The position numbers and the translations under genes are program-made. The notes under the pieces are model-generated. The model did no database searches. It saw only the letters and a program-made list of their open reading frames with translations, and had not been told where the DNA came from. A stretch of DNA of 64,000 nucleotides from Armatimonadota bacterium (GTDB lineage Bacteria > Armatimonadota > UBA10988), in the NCBI GenBank assembly GCA_016235455.1, contig JACRKZ010000059.1, forward strand, positions 1-64,000, written 5' to 3'. Shown in pieces: positions 36,852-46,695 of the stretch; positions within the stretch are counted from its first letter, which is position 1, and the number at the start of each line of letters is the position of its first letter.

Positions 36852-39177
36852 GAATTCCTCTCGGCCGCTGCAGCCACCATACGACCGCGACCATCAGCGA
36901 GAGCAATGACACGAAAAGCCCGGTGCGGAAGCCCATGGGCATCCACACCCAGCGCACCGTCACCGCACCAGGTTCCAGGCGCGTGCCACAGAACACGGCG
37001 TCGGTGGTCCAGACCGGAGCGGGTCGGCCATTGACCCAGGCGTGCCAACCGGGCACACGCGTCTGGGTCAGCACAGCCACCGAGACACGCTCGACGCTGC
37101 CTTGACCGATCCAGCGCTGCGGCGAGGGGGCCTGCACTCTCATTGCTGCGAGGCCCTGGCCGCCGGCGCTCGACTCCGGCAACTCCGCCGACGGCGGCAC
37201 AAGCGCCACCGTCGTATCGTAGTCTGGCGCGAAGAGAGACCTTTGTGTGTCGCTCGGCTCCACCTTTCTGAACGCGGATGTAACGAAAAGCAGTGGCAAC
37301 GCCGCCGGGTTCTCGAAGACGCCGACCCGCTCGCCGCCGACACGGCGCAGACCGTGCTGGCCTTCGAGCGCTGCCGTGCTCAGCACGTACCGCGCGCCGA
37401 CCAAGTTGAGCAGCGGATGGCCCAGTTTGGGTTCCCAGCCCGGCTCGCAGAAGGCATTGAGCAGTTGGCGGTAAGGCGCATAGGACAGTGACTCAGACCC
37501 GCTGGGGCTCGACAGCCCGTAGGCCATCGGTGTGTTCATGGGCATCCAGTCCAGGAACGGCGGGCGCCGGCCACCGGGCACGCCGATCATGCGGAACGGC
37601 TCGGCGCGGCTGGTCAGGAAGTCGGTCTCTGGCAGGCGGGGGAAGAACACATCGGGGCGCACCCCGGTGCTCTGGCCGGCGCCCAGGTAGAACAGCTCCG
37701 CGGCGACGAGCAGCGGCAGCCCGGCGGCCAGCCGGCCCAGGCGGTGGAAGGTGAGGTGGCCGAGCACCGCGGCGCCGGCCAGCGCCACGGCCGATTGGGC
37801 CAGCGCGTAAGCCGTACAGCCAGGCGTGAAAGCAGTGAGCACGTTGGGTGCGCTACGCTGCGCCTCGCCGGCCCAGGCCGCCAACAGCGCGGCGACCGTG
37901 CCAGCCAGCATGATCGCGCCGACCCGCTTGGGGCAAGGCCGCGCTATGTCGCCGCTCAGCGCCTCGACGCCGAAGCCCGCCAGGGCCGAGGCGCCCAGGC
38001 TCCACAGGCACATGGCTCGCGGCAGGCCGCTGAGCGCCTTGAAGCCCGGCACCAGGTGCCAGCAGAGCCAGTAGAGCGGTGAGCGCAGGGCCAGCAGCAG
38101 CCCGACCAGAGCGATCGCCGCAAACAGCCAGGTGCCGCGCTGACGACGCCAGCACAGCGCCGACACAGCCAGCCAGAAGACGGCCGCCGTGCTGCCGAAG
38201 CTCATCTCGACCGTGTTGGCGCCGGGCCCCCAGTAGTTGAGGGTGTTGCGGCCGTAGAACCACGGCGCGATGAGCGCGATCAGCGAGCGCAACGGCATGG
38301 CGCCCGACGCGGTGGACTCGTAGGTGGCCGCCGCGCGGCCGCTGAGCCGCGCCATTTCCAGCGCCGGCGCCACCTGCAGCATGGCCAGACCCACAGCCAG
38401 GGCACCGGGGGCAGCCACATACAACGGCAGGTCGCGCGGTCGGCGGTCGGCGACGACCATGCCCAGCGCGTAGGTGAACCAGGCCAGACCGACGTAGACG
38501 GCGATCTGCAAGTGGCCGCCCAGCATGACCGTGGCCAGCACCAGGCCGGTCCACGGCAGGTGGTCGGGCCGGCGCCGCACCCAGGCGCGGTGCCACAGGC
38601 ACAGCAGTAGCGGCGCCCATGCAAACGTCCACTGGCTGATCGGCGCGTAGTGCAGCCAGCCGACCACGAACGGGTTGAACATGACCGCCACGGCGCCGGT
38701 CAGCGCGCCGGGCCAGCGCAGTCGGTGCTCGCGCAGCAGCAGCCACATGCCGCCCCCGAGCAGAGTCAGATGGAACCACGCGCTGAGCAGGAAGAAGCGC
38801 CCGATGGGCAGCACCGCCGCCAGCCAGCCGAACGGGTAGAACACCGCCGACAGCACATTGCCCACGAACGGCTGGCCGCAGTAGGCGTGCGGATTCCACA
38901 ACGGAAGCTGATTCCGGCGCAGGCAGTCAGCAGCATAGATGCGCCACGGGAAGTACTGCTGGATGACGTCGAGTTGCGGGTTGTGCACCCCTTGGATGTC
39001 GGGGAAGCGGTCGCGATACTCGTTCCAGGGGGTCATGGACAAGAGCAGATCGCCCGGTCCAAACCCGCCGCGGACCAGGCCCGGCGCCAGGAACAGCGCC
39101 GCCAGCAGGCCGCAGACCAGCACTCCACCGGCCGCGGCGCGTCGGGGGTTGGCTCGCCACCTGGTCACACTCGTCAT
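36829..39177 (-). CDS. YfhO-like polytopic membrane protein (GT-C-type glycosyltransferase candidate)
   Basis: PLWNP..YCGQPF, FYP, GGHLQ, PGWHAWVNG; many TM helices. Confidence 0.8.
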   Translation of the reverse strand: MTSVTRWRANPRRAAAGGVLVCGLLAALFLAPGLVRGGFGPGDLLLSMTPWNEYRDRFPDIQGVHNPQLDVIQQYFPWRIYAADCLRRNQLPLWNPHAYCGQPFVGNVLSAVFYPFGWLAAVLPIGRFFLLSAWFHLTLLGGGMWLLLREHRLRWPGALTGAVAVMFNPFVVGWLHYAPISQWTFAWAPLLLCLWHRAWVRRRPDHLPWTGLVLATVMLGGHLQIAVYVGLAWFTYALGMVVADRRPRDLPLYVAAPGALAVGLAMLQVAPALEMARLSGRAAATYESTASGAMPLRSLIALIAPWFYGRNTLNYWGPGANTVEMSFGSTAAVFWLAVSALCWRRQRGTWLFAAIALVGLLLALRSPLYWLCWHLVPGFKALSGLPRAMCLWSLGASALAGFGVEALSGDIARPCPKRVGAIMLAGTVAALLAAWAGEAQRSAPNVLTAFTPGCTAYALAQSAVALAGAAVLGHLTFHRLGRLAAGLPLLVAAELFYLGAGQSTGVRPDVFFPRLPETDFLTSRAEPFRMIGVPGGRRPPFLDWMPMNTPMAYGLSSPSGSESLSYAPYRQLLNAFCEPGWEPKLGHPLLNLVGARYVLSTAALEGQHGLRRVGGERVGVFENPAALPLLFVTSAFRKVEPSDTQRSLFAPDYDTTVALVPPSAELPESSAGGQGLAAMRVQAPSPQRWIGQGSVERVSVAVLTQTRVPGWHAWVNGRPAPVWTTDAVFCGTRLEPGAVTVRWVWMPMGFRTGLFVSLLSLMVAVVWWLQRPRGIHERATAC

Positions 39178-39180
39178 GGG

Positions 39181-39975
39181 TCACCCGTCAGGCAGTTGGT
39201 CGACACGCAGTTGCTGCCTCGGCGTGAAGAACCGGCCGACGGCCAGCCCGGTCATGATGATGGCCGTCACCGCACTCACAAAGGTCAGCATGTACATGAT
39301 CATCACCTGATAGCGCGTGGCCAGATCGGGCCGAGCGCCACCGAGTATCTGGCCCGTCATGATACCCGGTAGATGCACCAGCCCGACCGACATCAGCGAG
39401 TTGATGGGCGGAATGAGGCTGGCTCGCACCGTGGCCCGGACTGCCTCGGCGCAGGCCTGCCGGGGCGTGGCTCCCAGCATGAGCAGCACCTCGATCTCGC
39501 GGCGGCGCAGACCCAACTCGGCCACCAGCCGCTCCGCGGCCAGCGCGGAGCCGTTCATGGCGTTGCCGATGATCATGCCGGCCAGGCCGATCAGGTACGG
39601 CGGGCTGTACCACGGCCGCACGCGCACCACCACCTGGGTGACGAAGGCCAGCGTGAGGAACGACGTGACGCCCACGGACACCAGGCTCAGGCGGAACAGG
39701 CCGGGCAGCTTGCCGCGCAGCCGGCTCGAGGCCGTTTGTGCGCCGAGCAGGACCATGACGGCCAGCAGTGCCAGTACCACGGGCGCCGAATCCAGGTCGA
39801 ACACGAAGCGCAGCAGGTAGCCCATCAGGGTCAGTTGCGCCAAGCAGCGTAGCGCCCCGGTGATCAGGTCGCGGTGCACACCCAACTGCCGGCGCCAGGA
39901 CAGCAGGACCGGGGCGCATAGCAGCACGGTGGCCAGGCCGAGGTCAGCGTAGCTCAGTTCCTGCACCTGGCTCAT
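39181..39975 (-). CDS. fetB: ABC permease, FetB/YbbM (UPF0014) family
   Basis: RCLAQL.LMGY.L, GMIIGNAM, LPGIMTGQILGG..P. Confidence 0.85.
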   Translation of the reverse strand: MSQVQELSYADLGLATVLLCAPVLLSWRRQLGVHRDLITGALRCLAQLTLMGYLLRFVFDLDSAPVVLALLAVMVLLGAQTASSRLRGKLPGLFRLSLVSVGVTSFLTLAFVTQVVVRVRPWYSPPYLIGLAGMIIGNAMNGSALAAERLVAELGLRRREIEVLLMLGATPRQACAEAVRATVRASLIPPINSLMSVGLVHLPGIMTGQILGGARPDLATRYQVMIMYMLTFVSAVTAIIMTGLAVGRFFTPRQQLRVDQLPDG

Positions 39976-40724
39976 GCCGCCTCTCCCGCCGTACCGGCCA
40001 CGAAGCGGGCCGCCTGCTCGTCCGCCGGCGCCGTGAAGAACTCGGCCGTCGGCTGGCAGCAGACCACCTGGCCCGCGATCAGCAGCATGACGCGGTCGGC
40101 CAGGGCGCGGGCATGGTCCATCTGGTGGGTGACCAGCACCGCCGCCTGGCCCGTGGCGCGCAGGTGGCCGGCCAGCGCGCTGAGCAGTTGGCCCGCGGTC
40201 GACGGATCGAGGCTGGCGGTCGGCTCGTCGAGCAGCAGCACGGCCGGCGCCATGCCCATGGCGCGGGCCAGGCAGAGGCGCTGCTGCTGACCGACGGAGA
40301 GCGTCGACGCGGCCTGCTCCAGCAGCCCGGCATCGAGCCCGAGCAGTGGCAGCAGCGGCTCCAGCCGCCGCGTGGTGGCCTCGCGCGGCTCTCCGGCCAG
40401 ATCGGCGGGCAGCCACAGATTGTCCCAGCCGTTGCCGCCGAACACGGTGGGCACCTGGGGGACCAGCGCCACGGCGCGCCGCAGCTCGGTCGGCGACCAG
40501 TCGGCATACTCGCGCCCGCGGCAGCGCAACATGCCGGCGGTCGGCTCGTCCAGCGCGCAAAGCAGGCGCAGCAGAGTCGTCTTGCCGCTGCCGCTGGGGC
40601 CCACCACGGCGATCACCTCGCCTGCGCCCAGGAACAGGTCGACGCCGCGCAGCAATGGCACGTCGTGTTCGCCCTGGGACACGGAGCGCCCGACATCGAG
40701 CGCGACAAGCAACGGTTCATCCAT
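39972..40724 (-). CDS. ABC ATP-binding protein, FetA/YbbL-like
   Basis: GPSGSGKT, LSVGQQQR, LLLDEPT, VTH. Confidence 0.88.
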   Translation of the reverse strand: MDEPLLVALDVGRSVSQGEHDVPLLRGVDLFLGAGEVIAVVGPSGSGKTTLLRLLCALDEPTAGMLRCRGREYADWSPTELRRAVALVPQVPTVFGGNGWDNLWLPADLAGEPREATTRRLEPLLPLLGLDAGLLEQAASTLSVGQQQRLCLARAMGMAPAVLLLDEPTASLDPSTAGQLLSALAGHLRATGQAAVLVTHQMDHARALADRVMLLIAGQVVCCQPTAEFFTAPADEQAARFVAGTAGEAA

Positions 40725-40745
40725 GCCTATGCCTTCGTCACCGGC

Positions 40746-40774
40746 TTGACGCTCCCTGCCCGGCGGGCTAGCCT
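40746..40774 (+). promoter_or_regulatory. Sigma70 promoter, probably giving a leaderless HAD mRNA
   Basis: TTGACG-N17-TAGCCT; ATG 6 nt downstream, no SD. Confidence 0.6.
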
Positions 40775-40780
40775 GTGCCC

Positions 40781-41473
40781 ATGCGCGCCTGGCCGCCACT
40801 GCTGCTGTTCGATCTCGACGACACGCTGTTCGATCATCGTGGCTCCAGCCAGCTCACGCTGGCGGCCCTGGGTGAGGCCTGGCCGGCGCTGCGCCGACTC
40901 TGCCCCGAGCAGCTCTGGGGCCACTACCACCGCATCCTCGAGGAGCTGCACACGCGGGTCATGCGCGGGCAGATGAGCGTCGACGAGTCTCGCGCGCTGC
41001 GCGCGCAACGGCTGTTCGCCGAGTGTGGCGAGAGCCTGGCCGCGACCGAAGCGGAGCGCTTCGCTCTGGAGTTCCGCGAGGCCTATCAGCGGCTGCGCTT
41101 CCCGGTGGCCGACGCCGCACGGGTGCTCGGCGCCTTGCGGCAGACCAGCCGCATCGGCATCGTCTCCAACAACTTCACCGCCGAGCAGGAGGACAAGCTG
41201 CGCTGGTGCCAGCTGGACCACCTGATCGATTTCATGGTCACCAGCGAGGATGCCGGCTCGACCAAGCCCGATCCGGCCATCTTCCAGGTTGCCCTGGCCG
41301 CCGGCGGCGTGGGCGTCGACGAGGCGATACTGGTCGGTGACAACTGGGAGGTCGACATCGTTGGCGCGCTGGGCGTGGGCCTGCGCGCCGTGTGGTTCGA
41401 CCGCGTAGGCGAGCCACGTGAACTGCCCGCGGGGGTGGAGCGCATCACGGCGTTGGCCGAACTGCTGGGCTAG
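40781..41473 (+). CDS. HAD-superfamily hydrolase (YjjG-like)
   Basis: [26 protein letters not shown]. Confidence 0.92.
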   Translation: MRAWPPLLLFDLDDTLFDHRGSSQLTLAALGEAWPALRRLCPEQLWGHYHRILEELHTRVMRGQMSVDESRALRAQRLFAECGESLAATEAERFALEFREAYQRLRFPVADAARVLGALRQTSRIGIVSNNFTAEQEDKLRWCQLDHLIDFMVTSEDAGSTKPDPAIFQVALAAGGVGVDEAILVGDNWEVDIVGALGVGLRAVWFDRVGEPRELPAGVERITALAELLG

Positions 41474-41919
41474 AACCGCCGCTCCGTATCGAGCAGGATC
41501 GTTACCGGCCCGTCGTTGCACACATCGACCTGCATGGCGGCCTGGAAGCGACCCGTCTCCACCGGCAGGCCCGTGCCGCGCAGCAACTCGACGAAGCGCT
41601 CGAACAGCGCGCGTGCCTGGTCGGGAGGGGCGGCCTCGATGAAGCTGGGTCGGCGCCCGCGGCGCGCGTCGCCGAACAGCGTGAACTGGCTGACGGCCAG
41701 GATGCTGCCGCCGACCTCGCGCAGGCTCAGGTTGAACTTGCCGTCGGCGTCGTTGAAGATGCGCAGGCCGGCGATCTTCTCGGCCATCTGCGCCAGATCG
41801 GCCTCGGCATCGGCGGCGCCCACCGCCGCGAACACCACCAGGCCGGCCCCGATCTCGCCGGTGACCTCGTCGTCCACCGTCACCCGCGCCGAACGCACCC
41901 GCTGCACCACCGCCCGCAT
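41470..41919 (-). CDS. dtd: D-aminoacyl-tRNA deacylase
   Basis: [19 protein letters not shown]; AGGAG SD. Confidence 0.97.
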   Translation of the reverse strand: MRAVVQRVRSARVTVDDEVTGEIGAGLVVFAAVGAADAEADLAQMAEKIAGLRIFNDADGKFNLSLREVGGSILAVSQFTLFGDARRGRRPSFIEAAPPDQARALFERFVELLRGTGLPVETGRFQAAMQVDVCNDGPVTILLDTERRF

Positions 41920-41962
41920 CGTGTGTCTCCTGGTATATTCTAAGGGCTGGAGCCCGACAGCC

Positions 41963-42589
41963 ATGCGTATTCTGACCTGCCCGGGCGGGCCGGTGATGAC
42001 CAACACGTTCGTGATCGCCGATGACGACGGTGTCGCGCTGGTGATCGACCCTGGCCACGACCCGGCCACGGTGGACGACGAGATCCGGCGCGCCGGCTGG
42101 ACCGTGGCGGCCATCGTCGGCACGCACGGTCATTTCGACCATGTCTGCTGCGCCGCCGATGCGGTGGCGCTGTGGCACGCCCCGTACTACCTGCACGCCG
42201 ACACCGTGCCCGTGGCGACGACCTGCGGGCAACACGCCCAGTGGTTCGGGCTGCGCTGCGAGAACAGCCCCGCGCCCGACAAGCTCCTGGCGCATGGCGA
42301 CACACTCACCGTCGGCCAACTCACCTACGCGATCCGCGACGTGTCGGGCCACTGCCCCGGCAGCATCGCCCTGCTGACGCCGGGCCATGCGTTCGTGGGT
42401 GATGTGCTGTTCGCAGGGAGCATCGGCCGGGTCGACCTGCCGCACAGCGACGGCGACCTGCTCATGGCCAACATCCGCGACCAGCTAATGGTTTTGCCCG
42501 ACGACACAATCGTCTATCCGGGCCACGGCGAGAACACGACCATCGGTGAAGAGCGCCGCTGGAACCCGTTCAGGTCGGCCTGGCAGTAG
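41963..42589 (+). CDS. Metallo-beta-lactamase fold hydrolase (glyoxalase II/YcbL-like)
   Basis: THGHFDH, GHCPG, GDVLF.GSIGR.D, PGHG. Confidence 0.92.
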   Translation: MRILTCPGGPVMTNTFVIADDDGVALVIDPGHDPATVDDEIRRAGWTVAAIVGTHGHFDHVCCAADAVALWHAPYYLHADTVPVATTCGQHAQWFGLRCENSPAPDKLLAHGDTLTVGQLTYAIRDVSGHCPGSIALLTPGHAFVGDVLFAGSIGRVDLPHSDGDLLMANIRDQLMVLPDDTIVYPGHGENTTIGEERRWNPFRSAWQ

Positions 42590-42602
42590 AGGAGTTGGCC
42601 CC

Positions 42603-43354
42603 GTGACACGCTGCACCCTGGCCCGGGAGGTCGTACTGACCGGCAACGCCGTGCGTACGCATGGCGGCCTGGTGACCTTGCGCCTGCTGCCGGGCGATGA
42701 AGGCTTCGTGTTCGTGCGCGACGATACCGGCATGCGCCTGGCCGCCACCCTCGACAACGTGATTGCGGTACCGAATGCCACGGCGTTGGGCCAAGCCGGC
42801 CGGCCGGAGTTCCTGTTCACCGAGCATGTGCTCAGTGCGCTCGCCGGGCTGGGCTACACCGACGCCGAGGTCCACGTCGACTGCGCCGAGGTGCCGCTGC
42901 TCGACGGCAGTGCGCTGCCCATCGTGGCCGCGCTGGACCGGTGGTCGTCGAACGCGACGGCCGGCGGATCGAGGCTCGGCCCGACTCACGCTGGTCGGTG
43001 GACTACGCCTTCGACCATCCGCACCCGCTCATCGGCCGGCATGAGGTGTCGCTGGGCTGGGATGCCTACCGGGCCCGCATCGCGCCGGCGCGGACGTTCG
43101 CCACGGTGCGCGAGATCGAGGCGCTCACGGCTCAGGGCTTGATCAGCGGCGGGAGTGAAGACAACCTGTTGGTCGTGCACGACGAGCGGCTGTCGTCGCC
43201 CCTGCGCGACGCGCATGAGTTCGCGCTGCACAAGGTGCTCGACCTTATTGGCGATCTGGCGCTGCTCGGTCGGCCGGTGACGGTGGCGCTGCGGGCGTCG
43301 AAGACGGGTCATGCGGAGAACCAGGCGCTCGCTCGTGCACTGCGATCGGCTTAG
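42603..43354 (+). pseudogene. lpxC: UDP-3-O-acyl-GlcNAc deacetylase, frameshifted near 42940
   Basis: EHVLSAL and EVPLLDGSA in one frame; IAPARTF, HKVLDLIGDL and GH in another; about 17 aa missing at the junction. May be an assembly error. Confidence 0.85.
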
Positions 43355-43733
43355 CCGGCGCGGGCTGGAAGCTGGCGTAGAGGTACTTGCAGCCCATGGC
43401 GATGAGGAAGAGCGAGAACAGCCTCAGCAGCCAGGTGGTGGACATGCGCTCGCCGAGCCGCACCCCGAGCGTGCTGGTCACGCTGGCAAACAGCCCGCAG
43501 AGCAGGATGAGCGACCAGTCGAGTCGGCGGTGTTGCGCGGCCTCGAACGTGCCCACGATGCTGATGAAGCCGATGATCGCCAGTGAGGTGGTTTTGGCGT
43601 CGTGAATGCCGCGGCCGAGCAGCGACTGCAGCAGCGGCACCATGATGATCCCGCCGCCGATGCCCAACAGGCCACCCAGCACACCGGCCGAGCCGCCAAT
43701 GAGCGCGGCGTACAGTACCGTCAGGAGTGTCAT
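43245..43733 (-). CDS. Half-size TauE/SafE (TSUP) family membrane protein
   Basis: GGLLGIGGGIIMVP, AKTTSL. The 3' tail overlaps lpxC by about 110 bp, so the end is uncertain. Confidence 0.75.
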   Translation of the reverse strand: MTLLTVLYAALIGGSAGVLGGLLGIGGGIIMVPLLQSLLGRGIHDAKTTSLAIIGFISIVGTFEAAQHRRLDWSLILLCGLFASVTSTLGVRLGERMSTTWLLRLFSLFLIAMGCKYLYASFQPAPAKPIAVHERAPGSPHDPSSTPAAPPSPADRAAPDRQ

Positions 43734-44374
43734 CGGTACGACGCGCCTCCGCTCGCCAGATAGGCCTCGACGAACAACTCCGTGACGCCGGCCGCCAGCG
43801 TGATGGCGGCGGCCCCCTGGCCCCAGGTGTGGCGCCCACGCCGCACGCGCGCCCACAGCACCAGCGGCAGCGTCACCAGTGCCAGCAGCCATAGCGGATG
43901 CACCAGCCGACCAGCCATCAAAGCGCAGGCCGTCAGCGTCGACGGGTGCATGGAGATCTTCCAGCGCAGCGTGATGGCCAGGAACAGCAGCCCGTTGGCC
44001 ACGGCGGCCGCGGCGGCCAGGATCAGCGGCGGCTCCGCGCGGATGAGCGCCAGCAGCACCACGGCCAGCGCGCAGCCGGCGATGGCGGCGATGAACGGCC
44101 CGCGCCGCTGTTCGCGCATCTGCACGTGGACATCGGTCACCGCGCCGGTGCGCACGCCGCGCAGTACGTAGCCGGCGGGCACGATGACCATGCCGGCGGT
44201 GGCGACAGCACTCTGGTAGACGGCCGCGCGTAGCGTACCGCAGGTGTGGACCGCGAGGATGAACAGGAACACCGGCAGCACCAGGAACGGGCTGGCCACG
44301 GCGGACACCACAAACGCGAGCTTGTCGGCGCGGGTGGAGGAGGGTGGAGGACTGACCAGGCGTCCGGACGTCAT
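43730..44374 (-). CDS. PAP2-like membrane protein
   Basis: WKISMH, WARV..GRHT..Q; about 6 TM. Confidence 0.7.
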   Translation of the reverse strand: MTSGRLVSPPPSSTRADKLAFVVSAVASPFLVLPVFLFILAVHTCGTLRAAVYQSAVATAGMVIVPAGYVLRGVRTGAVTDVHVQMREQRRGPFIAAIAGCALAVVLLALIRAEPPLILAAAAAVANGLLFLAITLRWKISMHPSTLTACALMAGRLVHPLWLLALVTLPLVLWARVRRGRHTWGQGAAAITLAAGVTELFVEAYLASGGASYR

Positions 44375-44397
44375 CGACCGGCGCCTGGTTCGGGGGA

Positions 44398-44470
<73 letters not shown>

Positions 44471-44480
44471 GAGGTGTTTT

Positions 44481-44509
44481 ATACTAGCAAGGGGCCAGCT
44501 AACTGTCAA
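44481..44509 (-). promoter_or_regulatory. Sigma70 promoter of tRNA-Ala
   Basis: TTGACA-N17-TAGTAT with TG extension. Confidence 0.8.
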
Positions 44510-44548
44510 CCCTTTGTGCGAGCCTCGCGCAGCTCCGTCACGGCCCGC

Positions 44549-46273
44549 TCAGGAGTCGCCTGGATCGTCCACGCGTAGCCGCTCGATGACGCGCTGCGAC
44601 TCCTCGCGCGCGGCCCGCTCCACGGCGGCCGGCAGACCAGGATCACAGCCCTCGCCCACCGCTTGAGCCAGGCTGAGCGCGGCGCCGAAGCGTTGCCAGG
44701 GGTCGGCGGGCCAACCTTCGCGCACCGTGCGACGCAACAGCGCGCCAGCCAGGGCGGGCTCGCCGTGCTGAGCCAGCGACCAGAGTAGCGGCGCGCTCTG
44801 GCGCGGCAGTTCGGGGCCCGAGTCGAGTCGCGCCAAGAGCGCGCCGCGCGCGGCCGTGACGTCCTCGTCGGTCGGCAGGCTCGCGGGCAACGCCGCCGTG
44901 CCGGTGTCGAGCAGGATGGCGAACAGCGCCAATCCCTCGGCGCGCCGGCCGATATCCGCCAGGGCGCCGGCGATGGCTGCCGCGGGGCGCACGGCACCAG
45001 CCTGGTGTCTGGTCTTGGCCAGGCGGTACAGGCTCGCCAGGGCCTGGTAGGCGCTGTCCCGCACGGCGCTCGGGTCGTCCAGTCGCGACTGGTCGAAGGT
45101 AATTGAGCTCGCCCGCAAGCGGGCCAGCTCGATGCTGACCTGCAGCTTGGCGTCGCCCGCGAGCTTCGCGGCCACCTCATTGAGGCCGCCGGGCCCTTGG
45201 CACAGACGGTCCTGGTAGGCCGACAACGCGCAGACGGCCTGGCCGATGAGCGGCGAGCGCGGGTGGCGCAGGGCCAGCTTGCGCGCCGCGCCGGCCCATT
45301 CGTCGGGGCGCTCGGGCACCTCGCAGAACAACCAGGCGGAGGCGCCTTGGGCCAGGACCAGCGCCGTGGCGTCAGCCCGGTCGAAGCGCACCGGGCGCGG
45401 ATCGAGCGTCTCGGCCAGCAGGTGGCCCGCGGTGTGGCGCAACGACACATGGATCAGGCCGCACAGCGCATTGAGCAGGAGCGTCTCCCGCGGCTCGCCG
45501 TCGATGCGCTGCGCGCGGTCGACCGCCTGGCGCAGCCACACCGCGGCGTCGGGCGACGGCCGGCTGAACAGCCGCCCACGGGCCGCCGGGCTGCTGAGCG
45601 GCAGCCCCTCGCCCGCGGCGTGCAGGCGCTTGGCCCCGGCCACCTCATCGCCCAACTCCAGCAGAGCGCGGCCGGCGGTGGCCAGGTACACGCGGCGCGT
45701 GTTGTCATCGAGCCCTGGCGGCAGGGCCAGCAAGTGCGGTCGCAGCAGGTCGAGCGCGTCGGCCTGCAGCCGGTTCTGCGCGCGCCAGCGGGGCAGATCG
45801 ATCTCGCCGAGCAGGGCGGCCAGCGTCTCCGACGGCGGCACGCTGTGCTCGCCGATGGCCTCACTCAGTTCGTGGCGCACGCGATCCCACAGCGCCGGCC
45901 GCTGGTGCCGGCCGAGCGCCTCGCGCCAACGCAACCAGAGCGACTTGGTGGCGTACCCGTCGGGCAGCGCGCCAAGCGCCTCGGTGACTTGGTCCAGCGT
46001 GCCCGAGCGCGCCTGTCGCCGCGCGGCCAGGTCCAGGCTGAGCAACTGGCCAGGCGGGGTGGAGTCGGAGTCGGGTGCGGCCGCCATCAAACGCTGCTCG
46101 AGTTCGGCGGCGGCCGGCACGGGCTGTGGCCAGGCCAACCAGCGCGCGCTATCGACGAGCAGCAGCGCTTGCAGACAGGTCAGGGGCTGATCCGTCGGCA
46201 GCTGCTGGGCGCGGCCCAGCAGACCCTCGGCCGTCGCCTTGGGCGAGACGATGGGCAGGCGCTGGTAGGACAT
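44549..46273 (-). CDS. Hypothetical Ala/Leu-rich alpha-helical protein, 574 aa
   Basis: Long ORF coupled (TGATG) to the upstream small gene; no recognised motif. Confidence 0.65.
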   Translation of the reverse strand: MSYQRLPIVSPKATAEGLLGRAQQLPTDQPLTCLQALLLVDSARWLAWPQPVPAAAELEQRLMAAAPDSDSTPPGQLLSLDLAARRQARSGTLDQVTEALGALPDGYATKSLWLRWREALGRHQRPALWDRVRHELSEAIGEHSVPPSETLAALLGEIDLPRWRAQNRLQADALDLLRPHLLALPPGLDDNTRRVYLATAGRALLELGDEVAGAKRLHAAGEGLPLSSPAARGRLFSRPSPDAAVWLRQAVDRAQRIDGEPRETLLLNALCGLIHVSLRHTAGHLLAETLDPRPVRFDRADATALVLAQGASAWLFCEVPERPDEWAGAARKLALRHPRSPLIGQAVCALSAYQDRLCQGPGGLNEVAAKLAGDAKLQVSIELARLRASSITFDQSRLDDPSAVRDSAYQALASLYRLAKTRHQAGAVRPAAAIAGALADIGRRAEGLALFAILLDTGTAALPASLPTDEDVTAARGALLARLDSGPELPRQSAPLLWSLAQHGEPALAGALLRRTVREGWPADPWQRFGAALSLAQAVGEGCDPGLPAAVERAAREESQRVIERLRVDDPGDS

Positions 46274-46506
46274 CAAGCGTCCTGGCTGAGGGGGTCCACC
46301 GCGCCGCGCGGCGCGGCCGGCTCATAGTGAACCGCATCCTCCTGGTCGCGCGTGATGATGCCGTCGCGCACCAGTTGCTCGACGATCTCGCGATGGCGCC
46401 GCTCGTGCTCCAAAGAGGTCTGGTCTTCGTCGGAATCGTACGACACCACCACCTCGCGTTCGCCGGTGACGCGATTGGCCCGCAGTCGGATGGTGATGTC
46501 GCCCAA
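46273..46506 (-). CDS. Small conserved-looking protein, 77 aa (possibly FtsH-ternary-system X3-like)
   Basis: TTG start after GGAGA; ITIRLRANRVTGEREVVVSYDSDED...EHERRHREIVEQL. Confidence 0.65.
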   Translation of the reverse strand: MGDITIRLRANRVTGEREVVVSYDSDEDQTSLEHERRHREIVEQLVRDGIITRDQEDAVHYEPAAPRGAVDPLSQDA

Positions 46507-46523
46507 GAGAGTTCTCCGCGGTG

Positions 46524-46553
46524 ATTCTAGGAGCCCGGCGGGAGGCGTGTCAA
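46524..46553 (-). promoter_or_regulatory. Sigma70 promoter of the 46506 operon
   Basis: TTGACA-N18-TAGAAT. Confidence 0.75.
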
Positions 46554-46642
46554 CGGGGGCGACACGGCTGGCGGGACGCGCGTCGCGCGACGGCGGCAGC
46601 ATGTCCCGTGGCCTGCTTGCCGCCAGCCACGCCGCTGCGCGG

Positions 46643-46671
46643 TTGACAGCCCCACACCCGACACCTAGACT
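46643..46671 (+). promoter_or_regulatory. Sigma70 promoter of cysE
   Basis: TTGACA-N17-TAGACT, then AGGAG SD. Confidence 0.78.
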
Positions 46672-46695
46672 GCCTATCAACAGGAGAATGGCCGC

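Noticed and set aside
37140-37300. Lower-GC patch within the YfhO-like gene
   Set aside because: Short, frame intact and not quantified; could be ordinary variation.
42930-42950. Programmed ribosomal frameshift in lpxC
   Set aside because: No slippery heptamer, and residues are missing, which indicates a deletion rather than recoding.
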